From an uncultured Spirochaetia bacterium (GTDB taxonomy: Bacteria > Desulfobacterota_D > UBA1144 > Nemesobacterales > UBA2774): a stretch of DNA of 64,000 nucleotides. Below, in pieces: positions 1-10,655 of the stretch (the stretch's first letter is position 1; every line of letters starts with the position of its first letter). The stretch spans positions 24,279 through 88,278 of the forward strand of contig CAZUDM010000010.1 in the NCBI GenBank assembly GCA_964618635.1. The letters run 5' to 3'. The position numbers were made by a program, and so were the translations under genes. Under the pieces are notes generated by a model. That model saw nothing but the letters and a program-made list of their open reading frames with translations, did no database searches and was not told the DNA's origin.

Positions 1-26
1 ATTATCGATTCCGCGCGCGCCGAAGA

Positions 27-3000
27 TTAGGAAAGCCTGAGGCAGTTCTTACCCAGAAGCGACTCGACCTCGTATATAAAATTATCCTCGATATCTACCC
101 TGCTATCCTCGACCTCTATAACGGCCTCGCCGTGGTCCGTTTCGATGTGAACGTGCACGAGCGCCTGCCCTGGATATGAATTGAATATCTCCTTCAGGCG
201 GACAAAATTTTCCTTCCGGAGCGAGCCGTTCCCGAGGCTTATGTGAACCGTGGACCCGCTCCTCATTCCCTTTATCGGCATGATCTCGAGCGCCCTGATT
301 TTCACCCTGTCCTCGCCGGGCTCGAGCACACCCTTTATGATTATGGGCTCTATCTTGTCCTCGAGGAGATCGAGCGACTTCCTCAGAAGATCGTTGAATA
401 TTACGACCTCGACGGACCCGTTGAGGTCTTCGATGATAAGGTTGCCGAATATTCCGGAGCCGCTCTTCGTGTGCTTGACAGTAAGCGTACGGACGACGCC
501 TGCGACGGTGACTTCTTGTTTCTCTTTTATTTCAAGCAGCGACTCGGTATCGGTGATCGCAGCCCTTCCGAGCTCGGAGAGGTACTTCGTCAGCGGATGG
601 CTCGTGACATAAAAGCCCAGCATATCCATCTCGTTCTTCAAAAGCTCTTTCTCCGCCCATTCCTCGGTTTCCGCGAGTTTGGGAAGCGAAATCGCGTCGT
701 TAAGGGCAAACAGGCTGTGCTGCCCGTCGACCGAGCTCTTCTGTCTTATGGACGTGTAGCTTAAGAGCATGTCGAGAGACTCTATGAGACTCGCCCTGTT
801 TATACCGAGCGAGTCGAACGCGCCGCTTTTTATGAGGCTCTCGAACGTTCTCCTGTTCAGCCTTCGCGCCTCGACGTGCTCGCAGAACTCGAAGATTGTC
901 GAGAACTTTCCCTTCTCACGCCGGGCGCTGATTATAGATTCCACCGTCCCTTCGCCGACGTTCTTTATCGCCGCCAGCCCGAAACGTATGCTGCCGTTCG
1001 ACGCAGTAAAACCGTCGAGGCTCACGTTTACGTCGGGCGCGAGGACGGGTATTCCCATTTGCTTACATTCCGTGATGCTGGATATGACCTTGTCCGTGTT
1101 ACCCGATTCGACCGACATCAGCGCGGCCATGAACTCGGCCGGGTAATGCGTCTTGAGGTACGCCGTCTGGTATGTAATGAGCGCATAGGCCGTGCTGTGG
1201 CTTTTGTTGAAGGAGTATTCAGCGAACTTCTCCATCGCGTCGAATATCTCCTCAGCCTTCTTGTCCTTTATTCCCTTTTCCTTCGCGCCCTGGAGGAACC
1301 TCTCCCTCTGGGCCTTCATCTCCTCGGGCTTTTTCTTACCCATGGCGCGGCGGAGAAGGTCCGCTTCACCGAGGCTGTAGCTGGCGACGACGCTCGCCGT
1401 CTTCATAATCTGCTCCTGGTAGACGAAGAGGCCGTACGTGTCCTTGAGCACATCCCTGAGCTCCGGGAGGGGATACTGCGTCTTTTTCCTGCCGTGCTTC
1501 CTGTCGATGTATTCGTCCACCATGCCGCTGTCGAGAGGGCCCGGCCGGTAGAGCGCGAGGACGGCTATAATGTCCTCGAAGTCGGTCGGCTGGAGCTTGG
1601 TTAAAAGCTCTTTCATGCCGGAGGATTCTATCTGGAATATTCCGCGCGTCTTGCCGCTCGCGAGAAGGCTGTAAACTGCCTGGTCGTTAAGGGGAATTTT
1701 CTTGATATCGAAGTTGCCGCCGTCGCCGTAGTTTTCCCTTATCAGCTTCAGCGCCTTGTCTATAACCGTGAGAGTTTTGAGCCCGAGAAAATCGAACTTC
1801 ACGAAGCCGAGCTCCTCGACTGTGTTCATGTCGAACTGTGTGACGATTTCGTCGTTCGCACCTTTGTAAAGCGGTATGTGGTCTGCGAGCGGCTCGTTCG
1901 CTATCACTATTCCGGCGGCGTGAGTAGACGAATGCCTCACCATATTTTCGAGAGGCTTCGCGAGCTCTATAAGCTCCTGCAGCGGAGGGGAACCCTCTAT
2001 TAGTTTTCTCAGCTCGGGGACGCTTTCCATCGCCTTGTCGATGCTGAACACCTTGCCCCTGAAGCTCGGGATGAGCTTCGTCACTTTATCCACGTCCGCA
2101 TATGGAATCCCGAGCACCCGGCCCACATCTTTCACCACGGCCTTTGCCGACATGGTTCCGAAGGTGCCTATCTGGGCGACCTTGTCCTCGCCGTACTTTC
2201 GTGTGACGTACCTTATGACCTCGTCCCGTCCTTCGGCGCAGAAGTCGATGTCAATATCAGGCATGCTGATGCGCTCGGGGTTGAGGAACCTTTCGAAGAT
2301 GAGGTTATACGGAATCGGGTCGACCTCGGTTATGCCGAGTGCGTATGCGACGAGGCTTCCCGCAGCGCTTCCGCGCCCGGGGCCCACGGGGATTCCGTTG
2401 GACTTTGCGTAGTTTATAAAATCGGCGACGACGAGGAAGTACCCCGAAAATCCCATCTTCTGAATGATTTCGATCTCGGTTTCGAGCCGTTCGGTGTACT
2501 CCGCCGTTCTTTCTCCGGATATGTCTCCGTCCTTTATACGCTCGGCGAGCTTTTCCCTGGCGAGCTCGGCCATGTACTCGTCGAGCGACTTATCGCCCTC
2601 GACCTCGAACTCGGGCAGCTTGTATCCGTCGCGCTCGAACCTGAAATCGCATCTCTTCGCGATCTCGCCGGTCATCTGTATCGCATCTTCGAAGCCTTCG
2701 AGGTCGCGCATCATCTCGCCTTCGGATTTAAGATAATACTGGTCGCCCTGGAACTTGAACCTGTTCTCGTCCTGAAGCGAGGAGCCGGTCTGTATGCAAA
2801 GGAGCGCGTCGTGCGGACGTGAATCGCTCTGCCTGAGGAAGTGGCAGTCGTTCGTCGCGACGACGGGGATGTTGAGCTTCTCCCCGATCTCCTTCACCTT
2901 CTTGTTCACCCTCTTCTGCTCGGGGAGCCCTGTCGCCTGGACTTCGAGATAGTACCTGTCACCGAACATCTCCTTGTACATGGAGGCGACGCCCAGAGCG

Positions 3001-3476
3001 GCGTTCATATCCTTTCCGAAAATAGCCTTCGAAAGCTCGCTGTTGAGGCAGCCGCTCAGCACTATCAGCCCTTCCCTGTGCTGGTCCAAAAGCTCGTGGT
3101 CTATGCGCGGCCTCCTGTAAAATCCGTCGAAATAGGCCTTCGTAACGAGGCGGGAAAGGTTCCTGTACCCTTCCCTGTTCATGGAGAGGACCGTCAGGTG
3201 ATGAGTCTTCCCGTCGGATGGATTGTCGCGGTTGAGCTTCTGCGTTATATAAAGCTCGCAGCCTATTATCGGTTTTATGCCGGCGCCCACGGCGGACTTG
3301 TAGAATTCATACGCGCCGAAGAGGTTCCCGTGGTCTGTAAGCGCCACGGCCTCCATGCCGAACTCCTTCGCCTGAGGGAAAAGATCCTCGAATTTTATCG
3401 CCCCGTCGAGGAGCGAGTATTGCGAGTGGAGGTGTAGATGGACAAAACCGCCGGACATTCCTTCTATTATATCCAT
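27..3476 (-). CDS. dnaE: DNA polymerase III alpha subunit (DnaE). N-terminal PHP domain motif HLHLHSQYSLLDGA, pol III core, OB-fold C-terminus.
   Basis: 1149-aa ORF. The N-terminal HxHxH..SLLDG PHP motif and length are typical of DnaE. Confidence 0.93.
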   Translation of the reverse strand: MDIIEGMSGGFVHLHLHSQYSLLDGAIKFEDLFPQAKEFGMEAVALTDHGNLFGAYEFYKSAVGAGIKPIIGCELYITQKLNRDNPSDGKTHHLTVLSMNREGYRNLSRLVTKAYFDGFYRRPRIDHELLDQHREGLIVLSGCLNSELSKAIFGKDMNAALGVASMYKEMFGDRYYLEVQATGLPEQKRVNKKVKEIGEKLNIPVVATNDCHFLRQSDSRPHDALLCIQTGSSLQDENRFKFQGDQYYLKSEGEMMRDLEGFEDAIQMTGEIAKRCDFRFERDGYKLPEFEVEGDKSLDEYMAELAREKLAERIKDGDISGERTAEYTERLETEIEIIQKMGFSGYFLVVADFINYAKSNGIPVGPGRGSAAGSLVAYALGITEVDPIPYNLIFERFLNPERISMPDIDIDFCAEGRDEVIRYVTRKYGEDKVAQIGTFGTMSAKAVVKDVGRVLGIPYADVDKVTKLIPSFRGKVFSIDKAMESVPELRKLIEGSPPLQELIELAKPLENMVRHSSTHAAGIVIANEPLADHIPLYKGANDEIVTQFDMNTVEELGFVKFDFLGLKTLTVIDKALKLIRENYGDGGNFDIKKIPLNDQAVYSLLASGKTRGIFQIESSGMKELLTKLQPTDFEDIIAVLALYRPGPLDSGMVDEYIDRKHGRKKTQYPLPELRDVLKDTYGLFVYQEQIMKTASVVASYSLGEADLLRRAMGKKKPEEMKAQRERFLQGAKEKGIKDKKAEEIFDAMEKFAEYSFNKSHSTAYALITYQTAYLKTHYPAEFMAALMSVESGNTDKVISSITECKQMGIPVLAPDVNVSLDGFTASNGSIRFGLAAIKNVGEGTVESIISARREKGKFSTIFEFCEHVEARRLNRRTFESLIKSGAFDSLGINRASLIESLDMLLSYTSIRQKSSVDGQHSLFALNDAISLPKLAETEEWAEKELLKNEMDMLGFYVTSHPLTKYLSELGRAAITDTESLLEIKEKQEVTVAGVVRTLTVKHTKSGSGIFGNLIIEDLNGSVEVVIFNDLLRKSLDLLEDKIEPIIIKGVLEPGEDRVKIRALEIMPIKGMRSGSTVHISLGNGSLRKENFVRLKEIFNSYPGQALVHVHIETDHGEAVIEVEDSRVDIEDNFIYEVESLLGKNCLRLS

Positions 3477-3738
3477 GACGCCTTTGGCTGTTCAAGTATC
3501 GAAAAAACATCTTTACTTTCCCGAAGGTTAGGCGGATGTAAACCGCCTACTCGGAGGATATCCCCTGAAGCCGGGACGCGAATATTGAAAACGCGCCCCT
3601 TAAAAGTATATTAAAGCCTCTCTGGATGACAGGCGCGGAGGAGGCGGAAGACGCATATGTTATCCTAAATTGGCTCTGCGCATATTATGCGGCATAGGGC
3701 CGTATCGAACGGCGGTTTTAAGGAGGCATTATATAAAT

Positions 3739-5139
3739 ATGGAAGAAATATTTTCCTACTTGAACAGCATGCTGCCGAGCCCGTACTCGGACCTCGTCGC
3801 GGTTGCCGCGATATTCGCAGTTTTACTTATCGTAGCTTTTATAATCTCGTTTCTTTTCGAGCAGAAGCCCAAAGAGCCCGCACAGCCCGAGCCAAAGGCT
3901 CCCATAGAGCCTGAGCCCGAGGTAAAAGCGGTTCCGCCTCCAGACCTCGAAGTATTCAAGGCTCCGCCGCACGAGGTGGTGCGCGAGCCCGAGCCCGTAC
4001 CCGTAAAAAGAGAAGCTCCGCCCGCGCCGGAGGTTAAGCGCGCCCCGGAGCCGGCACCACTGCCCGAGCCTGCCCCCCTGCCGGAAGAGCCGCGCCAGGA
4101 GACAATTACGGCACCGGTCGAGCCTGAAATTGCTCCCGCGCCCGAGGCATCCGCACCCGTTCCGGAACCCGAGCCTGAGTCCGAGGTCGAAGAAGTCCCT
4201 GAAACGAAAGAGGGACTCTTCGCAAGGCTGAGAAAAGGACTTTCGAAGACCCACACCGGCTTTCTCGGAAAGCTCGGGGAGGTGATTTCTAATAGAGAAA
4301 TTAACGACGACCTCTGGGACGAGTTCGAGGAGACGCTCATAATGGCCGACCTCGGCATGGGAACGACTATGAAGCTGAGGGAGAGGGTGGAGTCCCGTCT
4401 CAAGAAGAAGTCGCTCTCCGACTCCGGGGCAATAACGGAAGCCCTCAAGGAAGAAATCCTCGCCATATTGAAGAGCGCCGAGGCGAAGCCGCTCTCGATC
4501 CCGGAAAAACCCTTCGTCATAATGATCGCCGGCGTAAACGGCGTCGGAAAGACTACGACCATAGGCAAGCTCGCCAACAGGTTCAAGAAAGAGAACAGGC
4601 AGGTCATGGTGGCAGCCGGGGACACCTTCAGGGCGGCCGCAACGGAGCAGCTCGAAGTATGGTCGAAGCGCGTGGGCACAGATTTCATAAAGGGGCATAG
4701 CGGGGCAGATCCGACGTCGGTAGCTTTCGACGCGGTAAAAGCGGCGTCCGCGCGCGGGACGGACATACTCATCATAGACACCGCAGGCAGGCTCCACACG
4801 AAGGGCAACCTCATGGACGAGATAAAGAAGATGAAGCGCGTTATCTCGCGCGAAATGGAAAAGGCCCCGCACGAGACGTTTTTGGTGCTCGACGCCACCA
4901 CGGGACAGAACGCCGTTCAGCAGGCCAAGATGTTCAACGAGGCCCTCGGCGTAACGGGAATAGTCCTGACGAAGCTCGACGGCACAGCCAAGGGCGGCGT
5001 CATAATCGCTATAGCAGACGAGCTCAACATACCCGTAAGATTCATCGGTATAGGCGAGGCGCTCGGTGACCTGAGAGAATTTAACGCCGACGATTTCGTA
5101 GAGGCCCTCTTTTACGAGGGCGGGGAGACGGTTCATTGA
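3739..5139 (+). CDS. ftsY: Signal recognition particle receptor FtsY. N-terminal TM anchor, Pro/Glu-rich repeat A-domain and C-terminal NG GTPase domain.
   Basis: NG-domain motifs GVNGVGKTTT, DTAGR and TKLDG. The ORF tool starts at 3670, but MEEIFSYL at 3739 followed by a hydrophobic helix is the more likely start. Confidence 0.88.
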   Translation: MEEIFSYLNSMLPSPYSDLVAVAAIFAVLLIVAFIISFLFEQKPKEPAQPEPKAPIEPEPEVKAVPPPDLEVFKAPPHEVVREPEPVPVKREAPPAPEVKRAPEPAPLPEPAPLPEEPRQETITAPVEPEIAPAPEASAPVPEPEPESEVEEVPETKEGLFARLRKGLSKTHTGFLGKLGEVISNREINDDLWDEFEETLIMADLGMGTTMKLRERVESRLKKKSLSDSGAITEALKEEILAILKSAEAKPLSIPEKPFVIMIAGVNGVGKTTTIGKLANRFKKENRQVMVAAGDTFRAAATEQLEVWSKRVGTDFIKGHSGADPTSVAFDAVKAASARGTDILIIDTAGRLHTKGNLMDEIKKMKRVISREMEKAPHETFLVLDATTGQNAVQQAKMFNEALGVTGIVLTKLDGTAKGGVIIAIADELNIPVRFIGIGEALGDLREFNADDFVEALFYEGGETVH

Positions 5140-5189
5140 TGCGTCCGCACAGTTCCCTTTACCGCAGGGATTAGTAAACTAAAGTTAAG

Positions 5190-6314
5190 ATGCCGAGGGA
5201 TCAACACACAAAGTATATGTCGATCGCCCTTAAGCTTGCCCGGAAGGCCGAGGGCATGACGAGCCCGAACCCGCTCGTCGGGGCCGTGCTCGTAAAAGGC
5301 GGGAAGATCATAGGCGAGGGCTATCATAAAATGGCCGGTCTGCCGCACGCGGAGATAGAGGCTTTCGCGGATGCCGAAAGGAACGGGCACAGCTTAAAAG
5401 GCGCAACCCTTTACGTCACACTCGAGCCCTGCTGCCACGAGGGCAAAAGAACCCCTCCCTGCGTAAACGCCATAGTGGAAAAGGGCATATCACGCGTTGT
5501 CGTCGGGGCAGGCGACCCTAACCCTATGGTCTGCGGGAACGGCTTCTCGCTTCTGAGGGACGAGGGCGTCGAGGTCATACCGTTTATCCTCGAAAATAAA
5601 GCCCTCGAGCTCAACGAGGCATACAACAAATATATAACAACCGGCCTGCCGTTCGTTACCTTAAAGCTCGCGGCCACGCTCGACGGGAAAATTGCAGCCG
5701 CGACCGGAGACTCGAAGTGGATAGGCAGCGAGAGGCAGAGAAAGCTCGCCCATAAGCTGAGAAGCGCCTCCGACGCCGTCATTGTAGGCGTGGGAACCGT
5801 CCTCAAGGACGATCCGAAGCTGAACGCCCGGCTCACCGGCCGTGAAGTCCGCCAGCCCGTGCCGGTAATACTCGACAGGACGCTCAGAACTCCGCCCGGG
5901 TCGAGCGTATTCAAAGCCCACGGCGGCGTGATAATCGCGACCGTAAAACCGGCCAATCCCGGAAAGAAAAAACGCCTCGAAGAGGTGGGGGCCCGGGTGC
6001 TCGAAGTCGGGCACGATAGACGGGGCCTTCCCGACATGAAAAAGCTACTCCGCGAGCTCGGGAGGAACGAGATAGTGAGCGTCCTCATCGAGGGCGGCAG
6101 CAAGGCCGCCGCGAGCGCGCTTAAATCGGGGCTGGTCGACAAAATCGCATTCTTTTACGCGCCTAAAATCCTCGGGGGTGACGGCGTCAGCATGATAGAC
6201 AGCCTCGGGATTAAAAGTGTAAAAAACGCGGTGCAGATAACTGACGTTAAAATTACAAGGCTCGGCGAAGAGCTCATGGTCGAAGGGTATGTAAAAAAGC
6301 GCGGAGCGGAGTGA
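5190..6314 (+). CDS. ribD: Bifunctional riboflavin biosynthesis protein RibD (pyrimidine deaminase / reductase).
   Basis: Deaminase zinc motifs HAE and PCxxC (LEPCCHEGKRTPPC), with a C-terminal RibD reductase domain. Confidence 0.88.
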   Translation: MPRDQHTKYMSIALKLARKAEGMTSPNPLVGAVLVKGGKIIGEGYHKMAGLPHAEIEAFADAERNGHSLKGATLYVTLEPCCHEGKRTPPCVNAIVEKGISRVVVGAGDPNPMVCGNGFSLLRDEGVEVIPFILENKALELNEAYNKYITTGLPFVTLKLAATLDGKIAAATGDSKWIGSERQRKLAHKLRSASDAVIVGVGTVLKDDPKLNARLTGREVRQPVPVILDRTLRTPPGSSVFKAHGGVIIATVKPANPGKKKRLEEVGARVLEVGHDRRGLPDMKKLLRELGRNEIVSVLIEGGSKAAASALKSGLVDKIAFFYAPKILGGDGVSMIDSLGIKSVKNAVQITDVKITRLGEELMVEGYVKKRGAE

Positions 6315-7009
6315 TGAACGTTCTTCCGGCGACGGACACGGCGGTAAAGGACAGGATAGGGCTTTTCGGAGGCACCTTCGACCCGGTCCACTTCGGGCAC
6401 CTGCGCGCAGCCGAGGAGATAAGGGAGACACTCGACCTCAGCAGCGTGTGGTTCGTTCCTTCCGCCATCCCGCCCCACAAACATAAGGAAGTGACCCCCT
6501 CTGCCCACAGGCTCAGGATGCTGGAAATCGCCGTCGAGCCGAACCCCTATTTCGGGATAAACACCTACGAAATAGAGAGAAAAACGACCTCCTACACGAT
6601 CGAAACATTGCGGCATCTTACCTCCGCCCATCCCGACGCCGAATTTTATTTTATAGTCGGCAGCGAGCTGTTTTCGCACATAGAAACATGGAAAGATTAC
6701 AAGGAGCTCTTCACGCTTTCGAACTTCGCCGTCATAAGCCGGCCGGGGCGGGAAGACGAGGATTTTCCGCCTCTTCCGCTTGCCCTCAAAAAGGATTTTA
6801 GTTATCATAATAGAGAAGACAACGTGATATCTTATATCAACAGGTATTCGAAAATCATTGCCCTCACCCGGTTCACGGGACTTGAAATTTCTTCCACGGA
6901 AATAAGGACTTATGTAAGCGAAGGGACGTCCGTAAGGTATCTCGTGCCTGACGGCGTCGCGGAGTACATATCGGCTAACAAACTCTACGATACGGAGGCT
7001 GCCCTATAA
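6311..7009 (+). CDS. nadD: Nicotinate-nucleotide adenylyltransferase NadD.
   Basis: GLFGGTFDPVHFGHL nucleotidyltransferase (H/T)xGH motif. It overlaps the ribD stop by 4 nt. Confidence 0.85.
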   Translation: MMNVLPATDTAVKDRIGLFGGTFDPVHFGHLRAAEEIRETLDLSSVWFVPSAIPPHKHKEVTPSAHRLRMLEIAVEPNPYFGINTYEIERKTTSYTIETLRHLTSAHPDAEFYFIVGSELFSHIETWKDYKELFTLSNFAVISRPGREDEDFPPLPLALKKDFSYHNREDNVISYINRYSKIIALTRFTGLEISSTEIRTYVSEGTSVRYLVPDGVAEYISANKLYDTEAAL

Positions 7010-7071
7010 ATTCCAAGAAGAAAGCCATAGCCCTGGCCCACGCCGCATGGGAGAAGAATTCCGAAAATCCC

Positions 7072-7404
7072 GTGCTCATGGACGTCAGAACCAGAAGCGA
7101 CGTAACCGACTACTTCCTCGTGTGCAGCGCCAACTCCACGAGGGGCGTAAAAACAATAGTAGACAACATCGAAAAAAAATTACTCGAGCTCGGCCAGAAG
7201 ATAATCGGCATAGAGGGTTACGCCGAGGGTAACTGGGTTCTCGTCGACTCGGCCGACGTTGTCGTTCACGTCTTCTACGAGCCCTACAGGAAGTTTTACG
7301 ACATAGAGAGTCTCTGGAGCGACGCACCGAGGGTGAAGCTGTCTCTGGAGCCTTCTATTCCCGGCCGCACGGGCTCTTTCGACCACGCGCCTGCTGTAGA
7401 ATAA
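7072..7404 (+). CDS. rsfS: Ribosomal silencing factor RsfS (Iojap family).
   Basis: 110 aa. Typical nadD-rsfS synteny and Iojap-like sequence (DYFLVCSANSTRGVKTI...WVLVDSADVVVHVF). Confidence 0.8.
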   Translation: MLMDVRTRSDVTDYFLVCSANSTRGVKTIVDNIEKKLLELGQKIIGIEGYAEGNWVLVDSADVVVHVFYEPYRKFYDIESLWSDAPRVKLSLEPSIPGRTGSFDHAPAVE

Positions 7405-7553
7405 ATATTCCTGAGAATAAGCGTTCCGGTTTTCTATCGGGTTTAGCCTGGAATAATCCGAAGATTACGGAGCCGCATCGAGCGGACGCAGCTTCGCCGC
7501 ATTCTCTTTCCGCCTTGAATAAGCTTAACGGGAAAGTCCCTACCCGGCCCCTC

Positions 7554-8633
7554 TTACTGGCCTTCCTTGATTCCGCGCCTTCTGATGAACGCCGGTATCT
7601 CGAACTCGTCGTCCCCGATGTCGGTCGGAATCTTGGTCACGATTTTTCCGAATCTCGGCGCCGCTTTCGCTGCGCTCTGGATGCCGGTGGCGATGACTGT
7701 CAGCTGCACGGATTCCTTGAAATCGTGGTTGATGACGAGGCCAAATATGAGGTTCACGTCCTCGTGGGCCCTGTCCTTTATGTAGTTGCAGGCCTCGTTG
7801 AGCTCTTCGATTCCGAAGTCGGGAGAGGCGGTTACGTTGAGAAGTATGCCCGTCGCCCCGTCTATCGATATGTCTTCCAGGAGCGGGCTCGTTATGGCCG
7901 CCTCGGCCGCCTCTATGGCCCTGTTGCTGCCTTCGGCGAAGCCGGTGCCCATGAGGGCCTTTCCGCCGTTTTCGCCCATGATGCTCTTCACGTCGGCGAA
8001 GTCGACGTTAATGTAGCCGGTGCCGGTTATTATGTCCGAAATGCCGCGGACCGCCTGGTGAAGCACCTCGTCGGCGCGGGTGAAGGCGTCGAGTATGGAT
8101 ATCTTGTGCACTTCGGTGAGCCTGTCGTTCGGTATGACTATGAGGGTGTCTACTTCCTTTTCGAGGTTTGCTATTCCCTCGAGGGCCTGCCTGTTTCTCT
8201 TAGGGCCTTCGAATCCGAAGGGCTTCGTTACGACGCCCACTGTTAGAGCGCCAACGTCCTTCGAGGCCTGCGCGATTATCGGGGACGCCCCGGTGCCGGT
8301 GCCGCCGCCCATGCCGGCGGTTATGAAAACCATGTCCGCACCCTCGAGCGCTTCGGCTATCTTGATCTGATCTTCGAGAGCTGCTTCGCGCCCAAGGTTG
8401 GGGTTGCCGCCCGAGCCAAGGCCCTTGGTCGTTCTGTTGCCTATCTGAATCTTGGTGTGTGCGAAGGATTTCCTTAAGTCCTGAGAGTCTGTGTTGGCTA
8501 CTATAAATTCGACGCCCTGAAGACCTCTTTCTATCATGGCGTTTACCGCATTTCCGCCGGCCCCGCCGGCGCCTATCACTTTTATTCTTGCTTTTTGTTC
8601 TAAGCCGGTATCTTCAAGCTCGAAATTTGCCAT
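7554..8633 (-). CDS. ftsZ: Cell division GTPase FtsZ.
   Basis: Tubulin signature GGGTGTG, T7 loop NxDFAD and a conserved C-terminal peptide ([13 protein letters not shown]). Confidence 0.95.
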   Translation of the reverse strand: MANFELEDTGLEQKARIKVIGAGGAGGNAVNAMIERGLQGVEFIVANTDSQDLRKSFAHTKIQIGNRTTKGLGSGGNPNLGREAALEDQIKIAEALEGADMVFITAGMGGGTGTGASPIIAQASKDVGALTVGVVTKPFGFEGPKRNRQALEGIANLEKEVDTLIVIPNDRLTEVHKISILDAFTRADEVLHQAVRGISDIITGTGYINVDFADVKSIMGENGGKALMGTGFAEGSNRAIEAAEAAITSPLLEDISIDGATGILLNVTASPDFGIEELNEACNYIKDRAHEDVNLIFGLVINHDFKESVQLTVIATGIQSAAKAAPRFGKIVTKIPTDIGDDEFEIPAFIRRRGIKEGQ

Positions 8634-8673
8634 ATATGGGAACCCTCCTCGTGCTACGTTAATCCATTTTAAC

Positions 8674-9906
8674 CTAAAAAAACTCCTGAAACCAGTTTTT
8701 CATACTATCAAATATTTTTTTGAAAACATTCTCGTCCCGTATGCGGAGCTTCTTGTCTCCCTTGTAATCGACGCCGTACAGAACGAGCCCGACGCCCGTC
8801 GAATAAACGGGGTTCGCGATGATGTCCGTAAGACCGCCGACGTCCGTCGGAATGCCCATCCTGACAGGCATCTCGAGTATCGTTTCGGCAAGCTCGACGG
8901 TGCCGTTCATGATGACGCTCCCGCCCGTGATAACCGCCCCGGCGGGCGTCATATCTTCGAGGCCCGACTTTTTTATCTCACTTTTTACGAGCGAAAAGAT
9001 CTCTTCCATCCTCGGCTCTATGACCATTGCGAGGTCCTTCCGCGAAATCTTCCTGAAGTGCTTCCCGCCGACGCTCGGCACCTCTATCATCTCGTCCGGA
9101 GAGACCATGTCGGAAATCGCCGTGCCGTACTTCTCTTTTATCCTCCTGGCTTCGGCGAGAGGCGTCGAAAGTCCGAGGGCGATGTCCCGGTCTATATTGT
9201 CACCACCGAGGGTCACGTTCTCCGTGTACCTTATACTGCCGCCGATGAATATTGCGATGTCTGTCGTTCCGCCCCCGCAGTCTATCAGGACGACGCCTAT
9301 CTCCTTCTCGTCTTCGGTGAGTACGGCCTGGCTCGACGCGAGCTGCTCCAATACGACGTCGGCGACGTCCATCCCGGCGCCGTGTATGCATTTTACGAGG
9401 TTCTGGGCTGCCGTTACCTGCCCGGTTACAATGTGGACCCTGGTTTCGAGCTTTATGCCGTAAATGCCTATTGGGTCTTTGATACCGCTCTGCCCGTCTA
9501 TCATGTATTCCTGCGGGATTACGTGAATTATTTCCCTGTCGGCCGGTATGAGGACGGCGTTCGCCGACTCTATAACCCTGTCTATGTCCCTCTTCGAGAC
9601 CTCGCGGTCGCGTATCGTTATCATTCCGTGGCCGCTTATGCCCTTTATGTGCCCCCCGGCTATGCCGACGAAAACTGTCCTTATCTCGCAGCCGGCCATG
9701 TGCTCGGCTTCTTCGACCGCATGCTTAACCGACTGTATGGTGTTGTCGATGTTTACGACGACGCCTCTTTTGAGGCCGTATGAGGGATACGTCCCGACTC
9801 CGATTACTTCGACCTCTCCCGTCTTGGGATTGGCCTCGCCTACTATTGCGCAGATTTTGGTGGTCCCGATGTCGAGACCGACTACAATTTCTCTATCCTT
9901 ACCCAT
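8674..9906 (-). CDS. ftsA: Cell division protein FtsA (actin-like ATPase).
   Basis: VVGLDIGTTKI phosphate-1 motif and DIGGGTTD. The ORF extends to 9921, but the start probably lies at MGKDRE (9906), just after the ftsQ stop. Confidence 0.93.
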   Translation of the reverse strand: MGKDREIVVGLDIGTTKICAIVGEANPKTGEVEVIGVGTYPSYGLKRGVVVNIDNTIQSVKHAVEEAEHMAGCEIRTVFVGIAGGHIKGISGHGMITIRDREVSKRDIDRVIESANAVLIPADREIIHVIPQEYMIDGQSGIKDPIGIYGIKLETRVHIVTGQVTAAQNLVKCIHGAGMDVADVVLEQLASSQAVLTEDEKEIGVVLIDCGGGTTDIAIFIGGSIRYTENVTLGGDNIDRDIALGLSTPLAEARRIKEKYGTAISDMVSPDEMIEVPSVGGKHFRKISRKDLAMVIEPRMEEIFSLVKSEIKKSGLEDMTPAGAVITGGSVIMNGTVELAETILEMPVRMGIPTDVGGLTDIIANPVYSTGVGLVLYGVDYKGDKKLRIRDENVFKKIFDSMKNWFQEFF

Positions 9907-10654
9907 CCTGTGCTCCAGCACTCTTTACCGGCTGTCTGAAATTCACGACCCCTTTCGAGTCAGAGCTCACGTTGATATACGACTCCGTAAGGCCGAGGGT
10001 GTCGGAATATCTGAGTATTCTTTCAACCTTGTCCCACTTCTCGGCTATTCCGTTTCTATCGAATTCAATTCTTAGCTTGTCGTTCGTGAATACGTTTATT
10101 CCATAAAGGGAATCGACGTGGACCTCCGATATATCCTTCCATTTCAGCGTGCTGCTATTCTTGGATAATTCCAGGATATCGAGGGCCTCGTTCAGTAGTT
10201 CCGGGTCCTTTATACCTTCGCCGATAAGGACCGGAAAATCAAGACCGACGTCGAAATTTCCGGTGTCGAGCATCTGCCCCTCGCGGCTCATATAGAGGGG
10301 CTTGCCCTCCTCCCCGAGCACTATGCAGAAAACCTCCGCTTCCTCGATATTGATGTGAACTTTTTTAGGGAATTCCTTCACGACCTCGGCTTTGCTTATC
10401 CAGCGGTTTTTCTTTATGTCTTCCTCGACCTCATGCTCGAAGAAGAATATGCTGCTTATGCCTTCCCTTATGCCGGAGCGCTTTTTTATCTCCTTCGTGT
10501 CGATGCGGTTATTACCCGTGACGACTATCTCCTCGACGGTGAACATACCGAGGTAGAGCGTAACGTAACAGGCCGCCGCTACCGTCCCCAGAAAGACGAA
10601 GACGGAGCATGCAATCAGAAGCTTTTTCCAGGAAAATCCGTTGTTCTCTTCCAA
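9899..10654 (-). CDS. ftsQ: Cell division protein FtsQ/DivIB (single TM plus POTRA domain).
   Basis: N-terminal TM helix followed by a POTRA-like beta region. Sits between murB and ftsA. Confidence 0.85.
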   Translation of the reverse strand: MEENNGFSWKKLLIACSVFVFLGTVAAACYVTLYLGMFTVEEIVVTGNNRIDTKEIKKRSGIREGISSIFFFEHEVEEDIKKNRWISKAEVVKEFPKKVHINIEEAEVFCIVLGEEGKPLYMSREGQMLDTGNFDVGLDFPVLIGEGIKDPELLNEALDILELSKNSSTLKWKDISEVHVDSLYGINVFTNDKLRIEFDRNGIAEKWDKVERILRYSDTLGLTESYINVSSDSKGVVNFRQPVKSAGAQDG

Positions 10655-10655
10655 G

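Noticed and set aside
243-5136. Numerous antisense or overlapping ORFs (for example 243..764, 876..1604, 2841..3437, 3756..4901, 3823..5136).
   Set aside because: They are shadow ORFs typical of high-GC DNA, lying opposite strongly supported genes (dnaE, ftsY). Their composition is Arg/Ser/Pro-rich and they have no motifs.
5140-5190. Looked for an FMN riboswitch upstream of ribD.
   Set aside because: Only 50 nt separate ftsY and ribD, which is too short for an RFN element.
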